NCBI GenBank assembly: GCA_964035545.1
Contig: OZ037767.1
Location: 13,191,801 to 13,255,800, forward strand
Direction: 5' to 3'
DNA length: 64,000 nt
Origin: Bugula neritina
Taxonomy: Eukaryota > Animalia > Bryozoa
Shown here in pieces: positions 24,901 to 36,681 of the stretch. Numbering within the stretch: the first letter of the stretch is position 1; every line of letters starts with the position of its first letter. Below the pieces are notes generated by a model. That model saw only the letters and a list, made by a program, of their open reading frames with translations, ran no database searches and was not told the origin of the DNA. The translations under genes were made by a program, and so were the position numbers.

Positions 24901-27900
24901 AGCACTGGCACTTCTTCTGAAAGTACTGGCACTTCTTCTAGAGGTACTGACACTTCTTCTGACAGTACTGGCACTTCTTCTAAAAGTACTGGCACTTCTC
25001 CTGGAGGTACTGGCACTTCTCCTGGAGGTACTGACATTTCCACAGGCACTACACCTGGCTCCAACACAGATAGCTCTGCATTTGCTTTCACCTCCGACAC
25101 CCGTTTATTTGACTGCTTTTCTAATGGCAGGCTATCTGAATTTTGCTCCAAAGATAAACCACCTGGTTCTATCTTTCCAGTTACATCTGGCTTTTTTAGT
25201 GGCATATCTATTTCAGCTTTCACTTGCAAAATATCAGCATCTGGCTCAGCTACAGTCAGTTCCTCTTTGGATCCATCTATTGCAATTTCACCTGGCAGTA
25301 TCACATCCGGCTCCATCCCTGAAAGCTCTTCATTTGATTCCACCTCTGGTAACACTCTATCTTGCTTTTCATTGGGCTCTAATGACATGTTATTCAGAGT
25401 TGAGCTTAATGGTATTTCACCAGGTTCCTCTTCTGATAGCAATGCATCTGCGTTCTCAACTGGAAGCTCTATTTCCGGTTTTGCTTCTAAAACATCTCCA
25501 TCTAGTTCAGCTACAGCCAGTTCATCGCCCAGCTCAACTTCCGGCAGCCCCGACAGCAGTTCATCTGGTTTCAGTTCTGATAGTATTTCTTCAGGCTCCC
25601 CTTCTGATACACTTGGCTTCCTTATGGGCAATTTTATTTCTGGTTCCGTTTCCAACAATTTTGCACCTGGTGTACCGACAGCCAGTTTCTTCACAGGATC
25701 AGCCACTAGCACATGCTCATCTTCTGATAGCACTTCACTGGGCTCTCCCCCTGCTAGTGCCTTATCTGGCTCCACTCCTGTCAATAAGTTCTTTTTCTCT
25801 TCTGACTGCTTTTCCACTTCAACCACTGGCAGGTTTATATGGGCTTCCTCTACAGTGAACTTTGAACATGGCTTCTCTGCCAAAGGTGATTCTGTAATCA
25901 AATCTTCTTGCAGCAATGGGGTTAACCCTTCAGCTGGCGGAACTTCCATGAGATTCTGGTTTGTTGGAAGCTTTTTGCATGAGTCATCCTGCTGCGTTGG
26001 TGGAACAAAGTGGGAATCATCTACATTTGGTTGAAGTGCAGGTATGGATTGTTCCAGTAACCGTTGGTCGTCAACTTTCTCAACGTGTAATAATTCTGTA
26101 GAGACCTCTGCTATGGGTGCCGCTACTGGAGAAATAGGCAAGGCTGGTGAACAATTATTTGAAGACGAAGTAGCAGTGCTGTGGTCCGTCTCGTCTCCAC
26201 TAAAATCCCCCCGATTAGCAGAAGACGCCATATTTGGAGGGTCACACTTTATGGTCAGTTCAGGAGGCTGAACCTGTAACAGGTTGGAACTCTCAGGTGG
26301 TGGCAGATCAGAAGAGAAACCAGCTCCTTCTTCTTCATCTAAAACAATCCCGAAGGCATGAAGGAAATTATATATAGATTAAGTATAATGCCTATAGTTT
26401 AATAAAGTAGGTATTATTCTAAGAAAGAAATCAGTCTATCTATGAATGTTATGAATACAGACTTACCAGATGTGGGCTTGTTCTGGGTTGGTAGATCCCT
26501 TTGGTCAACCAGTAATGGAGCTGAATCATCTGCTGACACCACCACTGGAATAGGAGAATGGTTGGGGGAACAGTTGTTGGATGTGGACGTTGACTGTACG
26601 GAGCTTGAAGAGCTGTCAGAAGTCGACTCTGAGGTTACACTGGAGCGAGTTGAAGGTAAAGCAAGGTCATCTCGGCAAAGAGTGGCGCTGTTAGAGTAGT
26701 CCTCATGGAAAGAAGGCTGCTCAGCAAGATCTACTGTATGAGGATCCACAAGCACCACCAGAGGGTGCTGACTGGACTCTACAGGTGCTGGGCTATTTGG
26801 TGATTGGCCTGAATCAGGAGACGGGATTGGTGATTGGTCATCATCACTAGGGTTTGGCGAATCAGAAACTGGTTCTGACAAATCAGAGCGAACTTCACAA
26901 AGTGGGACTGAGGGAGAGTCATGAAGTAGGACTGAGGGTGAGTCATGGAGTGGCTCTGAGTCAGGGGGCAGGACTGAGTCACTGTAGTTCAGAGTTGATG
27001 TCTCATCAGTTGAAGGTAAGTGCTGCATGTCAATGAGAACACTATCAGGTTGTGTTGTAAGCAGAGGTGCTGCCTCTCTGGTAGAGCTGTCTGGCAGCAG
27101 TGGAACATCTTCACCATCTGAAATTATCAAAGACTCATATGTGCAGTGATTTACATCGTATTAAAACGACACATACTGTAGCAGTTGCAGAAAAACTTTT
27201 CATTACAGCTTAGTTGCATTTTGTTTACTTATTGTGATCGAATTTCACTTCAAGCAATGAATGCTGGTTCAACTATTGACTAGTATTACAAGTTACTTGT
27301 ATCATTTGCATACAGACTCAATAAATCAGTATTACCGACTTCCAAATAAAGCATCAACTGTTATAAACGTTGAGAGTTTTTTCCATCTTCTACTTATTTC
27401 AGTTGAACTTTTTTAGTTAAATAAAGTTTGTTTTTTTGTTTCTATCGCATACTGCACAAATTCCAGTCTTGGAATGGATTTTATTGAATCTAACTTGCGA
27501 TTTAAAGATTAAACATATCAAATATCAATTCATATACACTAGTAACACAAGTTATTGTGCCAGCAATTATATTCTGAAGTTACATTAAAATTCCAAGTTC
27601 AGGTGGCTGAGGGTCAAACTACAGTAGCAGTAGTAGCAGTGTTAGTAGTAGCAGCAGCAGCAGTAGTGGTAGCAGTAGTAGTAGTAGCAGCAGCAGTAGC
27701 AGTAGTAGTATTAGTAGTAGTGTTAGTAATAGTAGTAGCAGTAGTAGTAGTAGTAGTAGCAGTAGTAGTAGTAGTAGCAATAGTATAATATACACAGTGA
27801 TTACTAGAGACACAGAGCCAGTGGTGGATGCAGGAAACGGAAGAGGGGTTCTCAGCCCACTGCGTCATTAGCTGCAGTCATTGCCCCCAGCCACAGGCAT

Positions 27901-29024
27901 GAGTCTAGACTGGAGAGCTTTCACTGACTGACAGCTGTCACTAAGAGCTGAATTACATTCAATGCCGTCAATTGTTATGGTATTCCTACTTTAAACTATT
28001 AAAACAAACTTTCAACTGCATAATATCTATTGTATGTAACATGCTGAATTATCATGATGCCCAAGTTTATTGCCCCTTTACTTCTACACTCTAGCTACAG
28101 TCACTTTTCTCAAAATTCAAATTCCATTCAACGGATAACAAACTTGTACGAGTTTATAGTTGTCATCCCTATGAGAAATCGGAAAGAGTTTTTTAAGCAG
28201 GCTAACTTTATTGCGCCACATATGAATAAGTCTTTGGCCTGCTTTAAAAAATCCTTTCCATCAGAGGTTGTCGAAAGGATAGTGACTACAAACTTTTCAA
28301 CTTTATTGTGACAAAAGAGCAATTATGACTGAATGCCCTTCCTAACATCACCAACGACCTTCACTGAGGGACGAACCACTAACCCTGGGATTACTAAGCC
28401 AGTGCTCTAACCACTAGACCACAGCTGCTCTCTATTCCATTCAACAGATAAATAGTATTCAAAAAAGTACACAAATGCATCACTTGAAGATTGAAACTGC
28501 AGAATGGTGGTGGAGAAAGTACCTTCTATGAATATGACAGTGTCGCCTTCCAGGGAACCTTGTCTGCCGGGAAGGAAATGAACAACAGGCGAGTGTGGCG
28601 AGACATTGCTGCTCTCATCAGGTGATGTAGGATCGCTACTGTGTGGACTCATGTCAAGCGTCGTGTTATGCTCATACGAAGTACTGGCTGGACTAGCGGA
28701 GTCACGTGAGCTGATAACTCCAGCTGGCACGTAGTCTGCTATGAATGGGTAGTCGTCTAGTCTCACGCCAGCTTCACGGAACAATCTAGAATGTCCCTCA
28801 ACCAGAGCGAGTTTCTCCTCTACGTAGGTGGTGCTGGCCTTGCCGGACTTGATGGTGGACAGAGACTCAGAGCGCTGTCTGCGTCGAGATTTGTGGTCTG
28901 CCCAGACATTGAGGCAGCCGCAGCAGAGCTTGCAGACGAGATAGAGGATTATGGGTACAGCTACGACCAGTATGCACACTAGAGTGATCACGGTGGCGTC
29001 TCCAGCAGACATTACTTGGACCAT
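21981..29024 (-). CDS. Uncharacterised single-pass membrane protein with very long acidic Pro/Glu/Val/Ser-rich disordered tail, ~1836 aa
   Basis: Exons 29024-28523, 27117-26467, 26338-21981 joined by phase-1 GT-AG introns (5511 nt in total), with an in-frame stop upstream of the ATG. N-terminal hydrophobic stretch VITLVCILVVAVPIILYLV is followed by CKLCCGC and basic KSRRRQR. Confidence 0.85.
23150..25040 (-). repeat. Coding 21-bp tandem repeat, ~90 copies (VPVLSEE / VSVPPEE / VPVPPGE)
   Basis: Plus-strand unit acttcttctga[ac]agtactggc and variants; the frame is preserved throughout. Confidence 0.97.
27620..27785. repeat. (AGT/AGC)n trinucleotide microsatellite
   Basis: agtagcagtagtag... run in an intron of the membrane-protein gene. 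Confidence 0.95.
28148..28431 (-). mobile_element. tRNA-derived SINE (minus strand) interrupted by a nested copy
   Basis: 3' tail at ~28148-28205 (gagtttatagttgtcatccctatgagaaa). 5' half at 28309-28431 (atgcccttcctaacatcaccaa ... gctctaaccactagaccacagctgctc). Confidence 0.8.
28214..28298 (+). mobile_element. 5'-truncated SINE copy nested in the opposite orientation
   Basis: cacatatgaataagtc...tttccatcagaggttg...ggatagtgactacaaactt matches the 3' half of the family. Flanked by direct repeat aactttattg (28204-28213, 28299-28308). Confidence 0.75.
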
Positions 29025-29154
29025 GCTGAGAGAGGGAGGCAGAGATGAGTCAGAAGGAGATGCTATCTCTGGCAGCTCATTGGGTGTATCTGACCTTTAC
29101 ACAAGATACTCCAAGGTCAAGGTGACTGTAACAAAAATGGAAAATTTAATAGTT

Positions 29155-29390
29155 GCTGCTACTACTACTTCTAGTAAAACTATTAATACTACTGCTATTA
29201 CTACTACTACTATCACTACCACTAGCAATTAGTACTACTACTACTACTACTACAAGTAGCATCACTATTAGTGCTACTACGTTTATGGCTACTGATATTA
29301 CTATCACTACTACAGCTATCAGTACTACTACTAGTACTGTTACTGGTTCATTGATAGTACTATCAACACTACTTCTACTAATACTGCAAT
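29155..29390. repeat. Degenerate (ACT)n trinucleotide tract
   Basis: ctactactact... runs upstream (in transcript sense) of the first coding exon. Confidence 0.85.
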
Positions 29391-30242
29391 TGTGGTTATT
29401 TCACCACTATTATCATCAACACAATGGAATAACATTGTAAATGTAACACCAGTCACCCTCCATTACATGGAGTAGGCTTCCCAAAGTTTCCCTCAAAAGA
29501 TGAAAGTATAAAACTACCAAAAGTCAGGGAATACATTGCCAACATAAACTAATTAGAGGTAAGAAATAGTTGAAGCCAACAAATGCTAAGATGACAGGAA
29601 GATAACTAATTTAAAGATTTGATGACGACATACGTCAGAGTAAGTACAGCCATTACTGAATATAAACATAATACTGCTAATTAGCTTTCATTGTTTCAAA
29701 CACCAAGAAGGGCTAAACTAGATGTCATGAAGTATAGCAGGAATAAAATTAGTACTCAGTAACTTAGCATGGAGGTGCAGCAATTCTGTTGCTTGAATTA
29801 AAACATTATAGCAAATGCTTAAAGCCTTACATTAAAGGCTCATGTAAATTCATGGTTATGAATAATTATTAAAATATTTCAACAAGGTAGGAGTGTTATA
29901 AGGATAAAATCATTCTCTCTCAGACTTACATGTATAATTAATTTAGTAATTAGTAGGTCATGTATTTATATTATAACCTAATAGCAAGTTAGTTGGTTTT
30001 GACACAGCAGTGATTTATCATTATAAAATACCTCCTCTTGGTATAGTTTAATGTTTGAACTTGTGACAGCCATTAACAAGACTAAATTTATATGTTGGCA
30101 CAATATTAGTACACTGAGTGGTTTTTACTTGATATAATGGTGTTGCTTTAGTTCATAGTTTGGGTTATGTATTTAGTTTGGGGTTGTGGGCTGAGAATGT
30201 TGAATTAGAAAATTATAATTAGTATTAGATAAAAGTTCAAAG

Positions 30243-30454
30243 GGAGCAGCCGTGGTCTATGGGTTAGAGCTTTGACTAGTGAGCACGAAGTCATGGGTTC
30301 GAGCCCTGATAAAGACCATTGGTGATGTTAGGAAGAGCATCCAGTCATAATTGCTCATGTGCCTCATCTAAACAAGTCCTTAGCCCGATTTAACAAACAC
30401 CCTTTCCATCAGGGGTTTCTAACAGGGATAGTGACTATAAACTTGCCTGAGTTT
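30243..30454 (+). mobile_element. Full-length tRNA-derived SINE (~212 bp) with perfect 20-bp target-site duplication
   Basis: A-box tggtctatgg, B-box ggttcgagccc, core ggtgatgttaggaagagcatccagtcataattgctc and tail gggatagtgactataaactt. TSD tattagataaaagttcaaag at 30223-30242 and 30455-30474. Confidence 0.92.
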
Positions 30455-33453
30455 TATTAGATAAAAGTTCAAAGTTCACATTGAGAATATTAAGCTTTGC
30501 TTATTTATTAATTAAATTTGCAAGTTTCGATGTCTAGATTGGAGCCCAAATGGGGGCACCTGCTACACATATCAGAGCCTCACTTAGGCATACTGTTTAG
30601 AAAGAGCTAAAAAGAGTGACCATGTTTGTTGACAAATTCACTAACACCAGATTGAAGCTTTTGTTGTGATAGTTTTGTGCTATTGCATTACCCTGTTTAT
30701 AACTGGAACAGTCATTGTAGGCATGTGAAATGTACACTGGAAGAACTGGGCCAATATACTAGTAATGTCAGTCGGTAGCATCAAACTTATCTGTTTTAGG
30801 TTCAAGATGTGAGAGATTTCTTTGTGGTATTTAGGTGAAGTAAATTACTGCAGTCCTTATGACTCAGTAAGTAGCACAACAATTACACTTTTTGACTTAG
30901 TAACTGAGATATCTTGATACAGCTTTTATTTAGAACACAGGCTTTTCCAAATTTCTCCATTACTGTTCCTACCTTTCAGTCTGAACATTACATGAGCTTG
31001 TTGCTCTAAAATCTAAATAACCAGTTAATTATGAGAGACTTTATTGGTTGATACATGCTTTCGAAACCACCCCAGTGCAGTGAAACCCAATTTCATCAGT
31101 TTATTTTTTGGTTTCTAAATGTAATTGCTTTTTTCCACAAGAAAATAACTCTAAATACAAATATTTGCTCAAATTGGCTGGATTTGAAGCGTTTTTTTCT
31201 GCTCAACATAAAATAAACTTTTTAAACGATAAAAAACACTACAGCCTGTAGAAAAGTTGGAAAGAACATACTTTAATCGTACAGAAAAAAATGAAATGAG
31301 GGGGAAGACGGTGATGAATATAATCACAGCAATGTCAGTCTTCAGCAAGAATACAGATCATCAAATGCAAGATGGAAGAAGTGACAATGATATCAGCTCA
31401 TCATTCTAACACTTGATTAGGATTCTGGAAAGAGCTTGTACATGAAGAACAGCTTGAGTTTATCATTACCACTTCCTACATATATAGCCACAGGTATTCC
31501 CTGCCAGACATATTACTAACTCATGCTATAGTCTCCCAGTTACAAACATAGCGTTTCAGGTTATGGCCATTAAAATGTGACATAATAGTCAAAGAAGAGA
31601 AAATTTGATAGCCTCTAGTAAACCCTACTAAAGCTCTTGCATTTCTAAAGCTACTTACATTATAAATGATTGACACAACTTCATAAAGCACTGATATAAT
31701 TTTAGATATCAACTATTTACTGATATTACTCAAAGCAGCAGCATTAGTGTTGAAACTTGCTACTCCCTACCCTTAGTGTCACTAAAGCAAATGCTTAAAT
31801 TCTCACAGTTGAACTGAAAGAAATAAAGGGATAAATTACTGATTACAAGATGAGAAAAAATAGACCATACTAACCTTTCACAAAGGGCTGTATTTGGCCA
31901 CTGATGGAGGAAGAGAGAAGAAACCACTCAACACAACTATCCAAGACTGTTTTGACAATACAAGTGGAAACTATGCCAAGATAAACATCAATGCACTCTT
32001 TCCAACACACTAGTTAAACTGATGTTATAGTGATGAGATGTTGGCAACAGGAAAGTTTAGCAGACCGTGACTTATTCACTGCTTGTTAACAAATCAAATG
32101 GCAACAAAACAAAATAGAACCTTTGCTACCAATCATACTTGGGAGAAACATCAAAATATTTTGAGAAAAAACACCACTTAGTATCTACAAAGAGTAGCTA
32201 CTGAAGAAGACCTAGCGCACGCCAACAGCCAAAAGATGCGCTCTCAGTTTAGATAATCATCATATAGCTAGTTGAGCACTAACAGCCTAACTGATACTAT
32301 TATTGAAAAGATGTACACTTTGACTATGCTATGAGACCATGATGAAAACCTATATTTAGACTTTAAGGCCAGGAGTGCACCAAAGCAGCCCCACTCACGG
32401 CTTTATAGACAATATCAAGCTAACTTGAGCTCTATCTACCCAGCTAGAATCCCCCTTCTGGTGGGATAACTTAGGATACTATATTTAAATTTTTCAGCTT
32501 TCAATATACAATAACTGATATTAATAGAACTAGAAGTCGGTTGTTTTAAAAAGGTATCATAAACAAATTACTTTTTGTGGCTCATAAAAAACTGTCTCAT
32601 AATTAAATTACAATATATATTATGCCTATGGAAGGATGTTGCTACTTTTATCCCATTGATATCTACAGAAAAGTGACAGTAATTAAAGAACGCCCCTTTC
32701 GAATAATAGTCTCTACAATGTGGTGGTGGAACAGTAGTAGTGATAAATGAGAAAACATGGAAAGTCAAAACAGTGCTTCATACTAATCTATAGCAATAGG
32801 CACTGTAATACCGTCTCAGTAATTTCAGTAATACCACTTCACAACATTCAAAATCATTATTAATGTGTAATATGTATTATTATTTACTGTTACATTAAGG
32901 TACATCAGCCCAATTTTGAAAAATTGTAAACTTTACAGAAAATTTAATAATTCCAATTTGAGAACACAGAATTACATTTATTTCTTCTGCCAAAGTTGGA
33001 GCAGTTAAGATGCCTATATTTATGGCACTGACGAGCAAGAGAGTTGTATGCCCAAAAAAAGTTTTATAATAAATTTTGTGAAAACATGCTTGGAATTGGT
33101 TTGGGGTTTCTGATAGTTAGCTGATGGGCTCTGAAGTCTGTCTTATTATAAAGCTAGTAATTATTGCTGAATTTCATTGTATGCTATTCTTAGCTGTTGT
33201 AACACCCAGCTTAATCACTGGGCTGCCTTAAAAGTTTAAACTTGGCTTTGTCAACAAACTACATATTGTTATAAACGGTGTAACAGCAATTATACTTAGA
33301 AATATATGGTGTATAGGCCCAGTAGGTATTCATATCATATTCACACTGATATTCGTACACTTACTTTGTGAGTAACATATACCATAACCATAAATATAAA
33401 ATATTATCAATATGAATTGATTATACCATTTACAATTTTATCATAATATAGCC

Positions 33454-33577
<124 letters not shown>

Positions 33578-35484
33578 AGGGAGAAAATCCTGGCTGTTTG
33601 CCAAAATTTGAATAAAAAACATGTTAGCTTTTTGTAGCTTGTTTAGCTATTTGTTAGCTTTTTGGTTTTGTTATTTTTAATGTATTAGAAGTATTAACAG
33701 TTTACTTGCCAGGAAGGCGCTATAAAGAGCTGATGTTTGTAAGTAGAATTATAATTTTGAAGTTTCATGTTTTTGTTGATGTTATTTGAAGTTTAGTTAT
33801 GTATGTATTTTTGTGCAGGATGTAGTTATTTTTTGATATTTTGATAGAGTACAAGACAAAGAGTAAATACATTTCAAAGATTAAGAGAGTATTGCTCAAT
33901 GCTTGTTGCTAGCCAACTCACTAAGTCTTTCCTGGCACAATATATATATTTATATATTTATAATTTAACTCATAATGTTCAATTTCCATATTGGTATCGA
34001 AATTCGACTTGTCTAAATTAGTATGTGATATAATACTTTCATAGTCTGATAGTGATACTGGGCGTGATTGTATACGCCATAGTTAAATTGAGCAACTAAG
34101 TAATAGTAACACTGAAGAGTGAATCACATACTAATAGTAATACTTATTCTTATAGCAATACCCTGATAGCCACATACATGGTAGACTAATGTTTATGTTT
34201 CAGTCTAGATAGACTATCGTCAATATATTCCACTTAGATGACCCCCAACTGGACAACTTCCATTTAGACCACTTTATTTAAAAACCATTAAGAATTAAAA
34301 AATCATGATGTTTGATACTAAGTTGCATTTATTTCGGTTCCATGTGAATACATGTGCTATTGAAACCATGCATAAGTGTATAAGACTCATTGAAGCCTTT
34401 GCTTTAACAGTTTACAGAAGTCATGACCCATAGACATAAGTTGTTTATTTTTAAAGTAACATAATATACTATTTTTTGGAATGTTCTTCTACATTATATT
34501 TATCTAATTTCAAAGTTTTAAGTAGTCATACATATTTAAATATCATCTGAACATATATTTGATAGCAATATTTTATTATCTGGAGTCGTGTTATCTGGAA
34601 TGACATCAATACTTATATTATGATAATCACTATGACTATCACATTCACTATAAGTATAAGTATTATCCTCATTGATTTGAATTTGTAATTGTCAATCTGA
34701 ATCTTTGAAAAAAAACTGAAAATTAATTTAGTACTACTACTACTAGTAGTAGTAGTATTAGTACAGTAGACTGCTTGGCTAGATTAATTCTGAGTGTAAA
34801 GAATAACTCTAAAAGTAAAACCGTAGGCGCAGGTACTAGGCTACTTAGTAGATGTAGTGCCTATAAATATAAGTATTAGTTTAACATTAACTATAAATAT
34901 AACTTTTATTCTTTACACAGTGTCATTTGAGTTTGTAAGATTTCTAAAAAATTCATATTGCTTGATAACAGTAACTGTAAGAGTATCACGATTAAATTTC
35001 GATCATCATTATAATAAGATTAAGATAATCATAATGATATTCATTGTCATTATGATTATGTGATGATGTATTACTATTTCTAAAAGTAAAAGCTACAAGT
35101 TGAAGTAAAACTAAAAGTAAATCAAAATGAGTAAAGACTAAATCACAAACTTGAAGTGACATTTTTTTTATCAGAATTTGAATTCGTATTTGTAATTCAC
35201 TATTAGTATTAGTATTACTATTGTAATAGTAATACCAATACTATCACTAATACTAATAGTAATAGTATCGCTATCAGTATCACTATCAGTATGAGTATCA
35301 GTATGCTAATGATTTAGTTAGACTAACAGTAACAGTAACTATTTTCATCTACATTTTGATTTTACTTTTTTAAGTTTTTAGCCTTTACCTTTTCCAGTTT
35401 TAAAAAAGAGTTTATAATACTAATTAAAACAGTAGAATTAAAAAAAACTTCTATAAATTTTAAAGTTGTCATCTATTATCATTA

Positions 35485-35720
35485 TTTACCTGGAGCATAA
35501 AATATTGAACCATTTATTTTGCCGTCGTCAATCGTCCCTTCTCGGTCGCTCTCTGCCTCTGCTGCAAGCCAGTTGGCTCAACAAGGAAAATCGAGAAGAA
35601 ATGCATATTTTAACGAAGGGATAACTCCGATTTGAAATAATGAAGACTCGCGCGCTAATGTGTTTCTTGTTTCGGAGGCAAGAAAGAAATCAAGACCGCG
35701 CGCATTTAATTTCAATCTAT
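35485..35720. promoter_or_regulatory. Candidate bidirectional promoter (membrane-protein gene minus / uncharacterised gene plus)
   Basis: CpG-rich patch (gccgtcgtc, tcgcgcgc, ccgcgcgc) between two divergent genes. A minus-strand donor-like site (tttacctg) lies at ~35486-35492. Confidence 0.45.
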
Positions 35721-36681
35721 GCCTATTGGCTATTAGTATTATTAGTATTATTAGTGTTACACTGTTAGTCATTTGCTGATAGTCATAGTGATTGTGGCAA
35801 AACTTACAGCTCTCCTCCAGCTTTTGCTTTGAAACCTGACCTTGTTTTTTAAATGAAAATGTAACTTGAAAGACCAAAATGCTTTAAAAGACCAGAAGCT
35901 ATCCAAATCCTTCGTAATCATAATGATAAATATTATCATTATGATTACGGCAATCCCGATCCGTAATAATAATATTTTAGTTTAACAATAAGTATAACTT
36001 GAATTTTATGTTACCTTATAAGTTACTAGTCATATCTGACTTAGACTAGTAGTAGTATTACTAATACTAATAGTAATTTAATGGTAATACAACAGTAAAT
36101 GAATAATACTAATACTAATAGTTATACTTATAGTAATAGTTATAGTGAGTAATATTTATAATAATAATAGAAATCACTAAATATAATAGTAATACTAATA
36201 GTTATAGTAATACTAATAGTTATACTTATAGTGAATTACTTTTACATTTAGTAATTACTAATTAGTAATTAGCATAGTAATGAATCTCATAATGATAATG
36301 GTAATGAGTAATGACGGTTTGTTTATTATTTTTCTCGAAGTCAATATAAATTAAAATATAATATTTATAGATATACTAATCATCATAGTGATGATGGTAA
36401 TCACTATTACTATTAGTATTATTGCTGTCAAACTCAATGAACATGTCATTATATCCATTGGGTTTGCTAGAAATAAAATTTAAACCCCATCGTATGAGTA
36501 TGTTCACATTAGTTTTTATCATGTAGAAAAATTAAAATTTATGCTTTGCTAACTGCTTTGGCATTTTGAAAAACTGCTTTAATTGTAGCTGTAGAAACTA
36601 TTAGAATGAGTATAGCAATGGAACCTTTATTTTTTTAGTTGGAAAAGACCAGAGACTTGGATATCAACACCTTCTCTAGAC

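Noticed and set aside
23150-25040. Regular short-repeat array as a possible CRISPR array
   Set aside because: Contiguous 21-bp units with no unique spacers, in frame within a eukaryotic exon, and no cas genes.
21981-26231. 1416-aa ORF as a stand-alone gene or titin orthologue
   Set aside because: The frame extends upstream to an acceptor at 26338 and splices in phase to two further exons. No Ig or Fn3 domains are present, so any titin similarity is compositional.
27555-27868. Poly-Val/Ala, poly-Thr and poly-Leu ORFs
   Set aside because: Translations of an intronic trinucleotide microsatellite.
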